NCBI GenBank assembly: GCA_030765125.1
Contig: JAVCDD010000180.1
Coordinates: 7,033-71,032, forward strand
Length of the DNA stretch: 64,000 nt
Direction of reading: 5' to 3'
DNA from: Candidatus Hatepunaea meridiana
GTDB lineage: Bacteria; Electryoneota; AABM5-125-24; Hatepunaeales; Hatepunaeaceae
Positions within the stretch are counted from its first letter, which is position 1. Each line of letters opens with the position of its first letter. The notes under the pieces were generated by a model that did not search any database, was not told where the DNA came from, and saw only the letters and a list, made by a program, of their open reading frames with translations. A program made the translations under genes and the position numbers. This document shows, in pieces, positions 41,601 to 47,600 of this stretch.

Positions 41601-44600
41601 AGCGGTCATCAGCGCCGCCGTTGAACAGGTTCGGGTTGAATTCTACGTTGAAGTCAACTACACTGTTGGGAATATCATCAGGATCAAAGCCCGGACCCCA
41701 CTCTATAGCGAAGTCAGGAACACCTGTAACGTCAAGATTGACCGTTACGGTTACATTACGATGAGCAGGATCATTGGTTGTGAAGTACATTTCAGCAACG
41801 TACATACCACCAATCAAGCCATCAGCATTGAGGAGGACAATGATTTCCTCTATGTCATCCGCTTCAACTGTGCCTTCTTTGACCATTTCTTCTTCGCCTA
41901 CTCCGTAATCCAGCCATCTGACTTCGGAGACGCCGTCGTCGTAACAATAGAGCCTCGAGTCAGCATGACACGACACGTAGAGGTTTTCACCATCATGTGC
42001 GATCACTGCGTACTCGTTGTTGCTCCTCGTCGGGAAGTTGACGACCGCCTGGTTGCCCACGAACTCAAAATTATCGGTGTCAATATCGATCTGCCAGGCA
42101 CGGTCGCGGGTGTTAACCCACAGCTCGCCGTCCGGGTGCAACGCCACGAATTCAATGGAGCGGAACAGCTGGTTGTTCACAAAGGGCTGGATGTTGCCGA
42201 TTTGACCAATCCGTTCCCCTTCGAGGTTGAAGACACTCAGGTTGAATGGAGCGCCTGAACCCTCGACCGCGTAAATTAATCCTTCTTCCTGGTCTGTGGC
42301 AACGCCGTTGATGCCGCGGTGCCCCTGCAATGCAAGAGCGCCGAGGTTGTTACCCTCGATATCATAGCGGTTCAACGTGGGCACCCACAAATACATTATA
42401 TAGATCACTCCGTCGTAGTATGCCAGATCCATCGGGTTAAGTCCGGTGTTGAATCGTACCATTTCCTCACCATCCGAGGGATCAATGGCAGCCATCAGGT
42501 ACGGATTATTGTACTGCTGGAACCAGAACCACTCGTTGTCCGGGTCATAGCAGCCGTTTTTGTATTGATTGGCGGGAATCGGATGGTTGAAATCGAGGTC
42601 TTCGAGTCTATCACCGGGATTGTCACGGCGAGGACTGGTAACACTCTTTGTACTGCGCAGGGTGCGCGAGGCGTTGTCACGTTCCTCTTCATCACCCGGT
42701 TGGCGGATGATTTCGGCTTCAAGCCGCCATCTCAGCAAAGCGTCACCGGCATTGTAGATCTCCATAGCATGCTCTGCTTGCTCACCCGTAACGAGATCAT
42801 CGTTGATGACAGCGTCTTCATTATCGATATCAATTTGATCACCGTCAACCGAGAGCTCAAAGACCGGTGGAAGCGAGGCTTCTGCGTGCAGATTTACTAT
42901 GAGTTCATCCTCATCGGGATCGTTAGAGATGAATACCAACTCTGCTTCAAAATCATTCGGGTCGTCCACGTCGGCGTCAAAGGTAATCGTAACTACTACA
43001 TCCTCACCATCTTCCCATTCCAGAAAAGCCTCCTGTGGTTCAACGCTGAAGTAATCGTGATCACAGAAGATGTCTTCAACGTCGAGGTCAGCGGTTCCAA
43101 GGTTGGCAAGTATAACCGTCATTTCATAAGGACCGCCTGTAAACAGGTCCTCATACATTAGATTCCAGTCGACGACAGACTCATTGTTCTGATCCTCTAT
43201 CGGATCAATATAACCGTAGGCTTCATCCCATGTAACTTCAATGTCCGGAGCGCCGGTAACGTGTAACAACACGTTAACCGCTTCATCAGGACTTGCGGGA
43301 TCGTTGGAAAGGAAGTGTATATCAGCTTCCCAATCACCTTCAATCAAGCCGGCGGCGTCAAGGAATACGGTAACTGTCATCTCGTCGTCGCCTTCAACAG
43401 CGCCTTCGGCGGGATCAACGGAGACCCATCGCGTCCAGGCGCCTGCAGGACCGCAGCCGATGGCGCGACCCTCAACTATATAGTCTTGACCCTGTCCATA
43501 GTTGACCATACTGAAGCCGTACATGTTGTTATCAATGAAGGCACCGTTAATGCCGGTATGACTGGCTTGCCACCAACGAGGTATGTCATTTATACGATCA
43601 CCATACTGGAATGTGATCATTCCAGCATCATTCAGGATAATCTGGAAACAACCGCCGATACCACCACGAGAATTCCAATTGTGGTAAGTAATGACCATCA
43701 AATCTCTCTCGTTGGTCCATGTATATAATGGTCCACCGCCACCGGAACCGTGCCAGTCACCGTTTAGAATGGCGAGGGTATAGAACCACCCCGCTTGATT
43801 CTGCGGGAACGGACGAGGTGTGTTGATGCTTTGTGCCGAGCGGACGAATCCCGCCCAGCCATCAGTATCGATAAAGATCCGGTTGAAGTTCTCTACGTAG
43901 AACGGGAAGTCCCAACCAAGTTCGACAGCGCCAGTAATCGCATCATCACCCATAACGAACTCACGAACGCCTTCGAACTCCCGGATATCGATCCATTCAT
44001 ACTCAGGACCGTCATCCTCAAGATTATCACGCCACTCGTAGCCCATATCATCGGGGCCACCGCGACGGTCGCGACGGGGACCATCAGCGCGACGGGTGCT
44101 TCGCAGGGTGCGCGAGGCATTATCACGATCGTCGCCAGGCTCTACAATGATTTCAATATCAGTAGTGAATCGCAGCTCTGCATCGCCACTATTTTCAACA
44201 ACTAAGTCATGCTCTTCGAAGCCACCGGTGAAGAGATCGGTCTCGATTGAACCGGGAACGATACGGATAATCGGGGGCAACTCACAGATAACATGCATAG
44301 GAAGTTCAAAGTTTTCCTCATCCGGATCGTCACAGACGAAGGTCATTACTTCCTCATATTCACCCGGATCATCTGCTTCAGCTTCAAATGTTATGGTTAA
44401 ATTAGCGCTTGCGTCCGGTTCGAGAAGCATATCACCCTGATCAACGGTGAAGTATTCGTTATCACAGAAGATATCCTCGATGTCAAGGTCGGCAGTTCCT
44501 TCGTTGGAAACTTGGACGACCATTGTATAGGGACCGCCAGCGAAGACGTCTTCATAAGCAGGATTCCAGTTGAGAACATCGGGATAACCGAAGTCTTCAG

Positions 44601-47600
44601 ACCATTCGACTTCGATGTCCGACGCGGCGGTGAGATGAAGCTGGATATTTATCACCACTCCTTCTTCCTCATTGGGATCGTTGGAAAGGAAGGTCAGATC
44701 AGCTTCGTAATCACCCTCAGCTAAACCAGCGCCGTCAAGTGTAACGGTAACGATCATTGCATCGTCACCTGCAACGGTTCCTTCGACAGGATCGTACGCC
44801 AGCCAGTTTGTTTCAGCGATACCGTCATCGACGATCTGGAATTCCTGTACGACCCGGACGCCGAGCCAGAGGTTTTCACCGTCATGACCGGGGTCACTCC
44901 ACTGGTCGTTGCCGTTATTCCAGGCGGTGTTCTGGACTACTTCAACAAACGACCAATCATCTGTGTCAATCGAGACCTCCATAAGGCGGCTCTGAGTATT
45001 TATCCAGAGCTGACCGTCGGGATGCTCGTCAACCCAGCAGATGCCGCGGCTGAACTGGTTAACAAGAGGACCCTGTCGCCAGTTGATCGTGGCGACACGT
45101 TCCACATTATCGTTAACCGGTCTGACTACGTGCATTCCCCAGGCGCCTGTGCCTTCTATAGCGATAAGCACACCGTTCTCGGGGGAAGCAGCCAGGGCTG
45201 TAACCGAATTGAAGCCCATTGGCAGGTTGCCAAGGTTTTCTCCCTCAGCGTCATGCCTGCCGACAAAGGCGCCCGACCAGGCGACATTGTAGACAACGCC
45301 GTCCATCCAGGCAATGTCCATCACGTTTTGACCCTGGGGTTGATAGGCAATTTCCTCAGTGAAGTTTTCGTAATCACCGTCCCATGATATTGCGGCGATC
45401 CAGTTTGGACTGTAAGTAGCTACCCACATCCATTCGTTGTCAGTGTCGAAATTGGAAGAGTGCTTGTAACCGGCAGCTCCACGAGCCCACCTGTAGGTTG
45501 CTATCACGTCCATGAAATCATCACGACGCGGTCCTTCGGCATTCCTTGTGCTGCGCAGTGAGCGAGCGTTTGCATCGCGATCCGGTTCTGCGACAATCTC
45601 ATGCTCGACAGTGAAGCGCAGATCGGCTTCGCCTTCGTTGGCTACCGTTAGTTCAACATCGACAAGACCACCGGTATACAGATCTTCTTCGATAGAACCG
45701 GGATTAATAGCAATTTCCGGAGGCACGCCTGCATCAGCCAGCAGCGCTATTTCAAAATCCTCTTCATTTGGATCGTTCCAGACGATTACCATCGCCTCTT
45801 CAAACGCATCCCCGCTTGAAGCATCGAACGTAAATGTAAATTCATCGCTCTCGCCGGGTTCTAATGAAGCATCCACCGGATCTGATGTGAAGAGATCGTT
45901 TTCACAGTAGATATCTTCAATTTCCAGATCGTCTGTGCCTGTGTTTTCGATTTCAACGAGAACATCATACGTTTGGTCAACGAAAAGATTAAGATAAGCG
46001 AGATTCCAATCTATTACCGCTACTTCCGGATCTTCATCCCAGCCAATATCCGCAGACCATGTAGCTCCAAGCGCAGGCGCTCCGGTTACGTGCATTATTA
46101 TGTTAAATACTAATTCTTCATTGTCGGGATCGTTGGTAGTGAAAGTCATATCAGCTTCATAGTCACCAGTGAATAAACCTGAGCAATCAAGCGTAACGGT
46201 AACTTCTGCCTGATCGTCAGCTTCAATGGTTCCTTCATCCGGTTCATAAGCGAGCCACTTTGCGCCACCCATCTCGGTCAGGTATAACAGGATTTCAGAG
46301 GCCATGGAGCCCCACTCACCACCGTTACGAGCGTAATTGAACCAGCAGTGACCTGTCGGGTGACCGACGGTCAGAACAGTACCCTTACCGAAGCCGTAAG
46401 CGACAGCGCCAGGTACGTCCTGATTCTGCTTAGTGGCAATAACCTGGTACCATTCAAGAGTGCCGTCCTCTACCTTTTGAACGAACTGGTTTTCAAGGTA
46501 ACCGGAATGCAGCCATGAGCCGCCTTCAATGATTTCGCCCTCTTCCCAGTAGTTCGGTTCGGATCTGTGACAGATCTCGGCAAACAGACTGTAGTTGTCA
46601 TCATTCGGGTCAGGGCTGACAACCAATGTGCCGTTACTGGTTCCTCCGGCTGAATTGTTGACAATATCTCCGGGACCATGCATGGGGCTGTTGGCGTCAG
46701 CAGTTTCATAGTAACATGCGCCACCACCGTCAACATACTCTTCCAATCTTTCAAAGTTGTTCTGGTAATTCTGGCTGTTCATTGAACTGCGAGCAGCTAC
46801 TACGATGACATCATACTCGCTGAAGTCAACATTGTCCCAGTCGCCTGCTTGACGATAGGAATGATAGTTGTCGTTGTTCAGGAGCGGATCCTGACGCATA
46901 CCATCGTCCACCCAGCCCCATGTGCTGTTGATCTGGAAGGCGGCAAACAACAATCCGTCGAGTTCGTTATCTTCGAGTGGGTCACGACGGGGACCATCAG
47001 CGCGACGTGCTGTACTGCGCAGGGTGCGCGAGGCATTATCGCGATCGTCATCACCCGGTTCAGCGATGATCTCAGACGCAATACTCCAATTCAGATCCGC
47101 TCCACCGGTGTTGGAAAGTGTCAACACGTGTTCTTCAATGTCGCCGGTGAAGTAATCTTCCTCAACTGAACCGGGAGCTAACTCAAATGCAGGAGGTGTG
47201 AATGCCTGCGCAACAAGATTTATTTCAATATCCGCAGGCTCATCAGCCGGATCATTCCAAACGATTACCATAACCGCTTCGTGTTGATCCGTATCCTCGG
47301 AATTGAAGATAAAGTTAACTTCAAGGCTCGAATGTCCAATAATCACTGCATCGGCAGGATCACAGGTGAAGCGTTGGTTCTCACAGGTGATACTTTCTAT
47401 TTCGGTGTCGTCTGTTCCCGGATTAATCAATTCGATTGTGACGGGGTAGTCGTGCCCTGCATAAAGTTCTTCATGAGCGGCGTTAAAATCGACTACAGAA
47501 TCACCATTATCCGGATCGAAGCCGTGATCCTCAGACCATGCAACCTCAAGGGCAGGCACGCCTGTTACGTGCATTATAACACTAATTACGACTTCATCAT

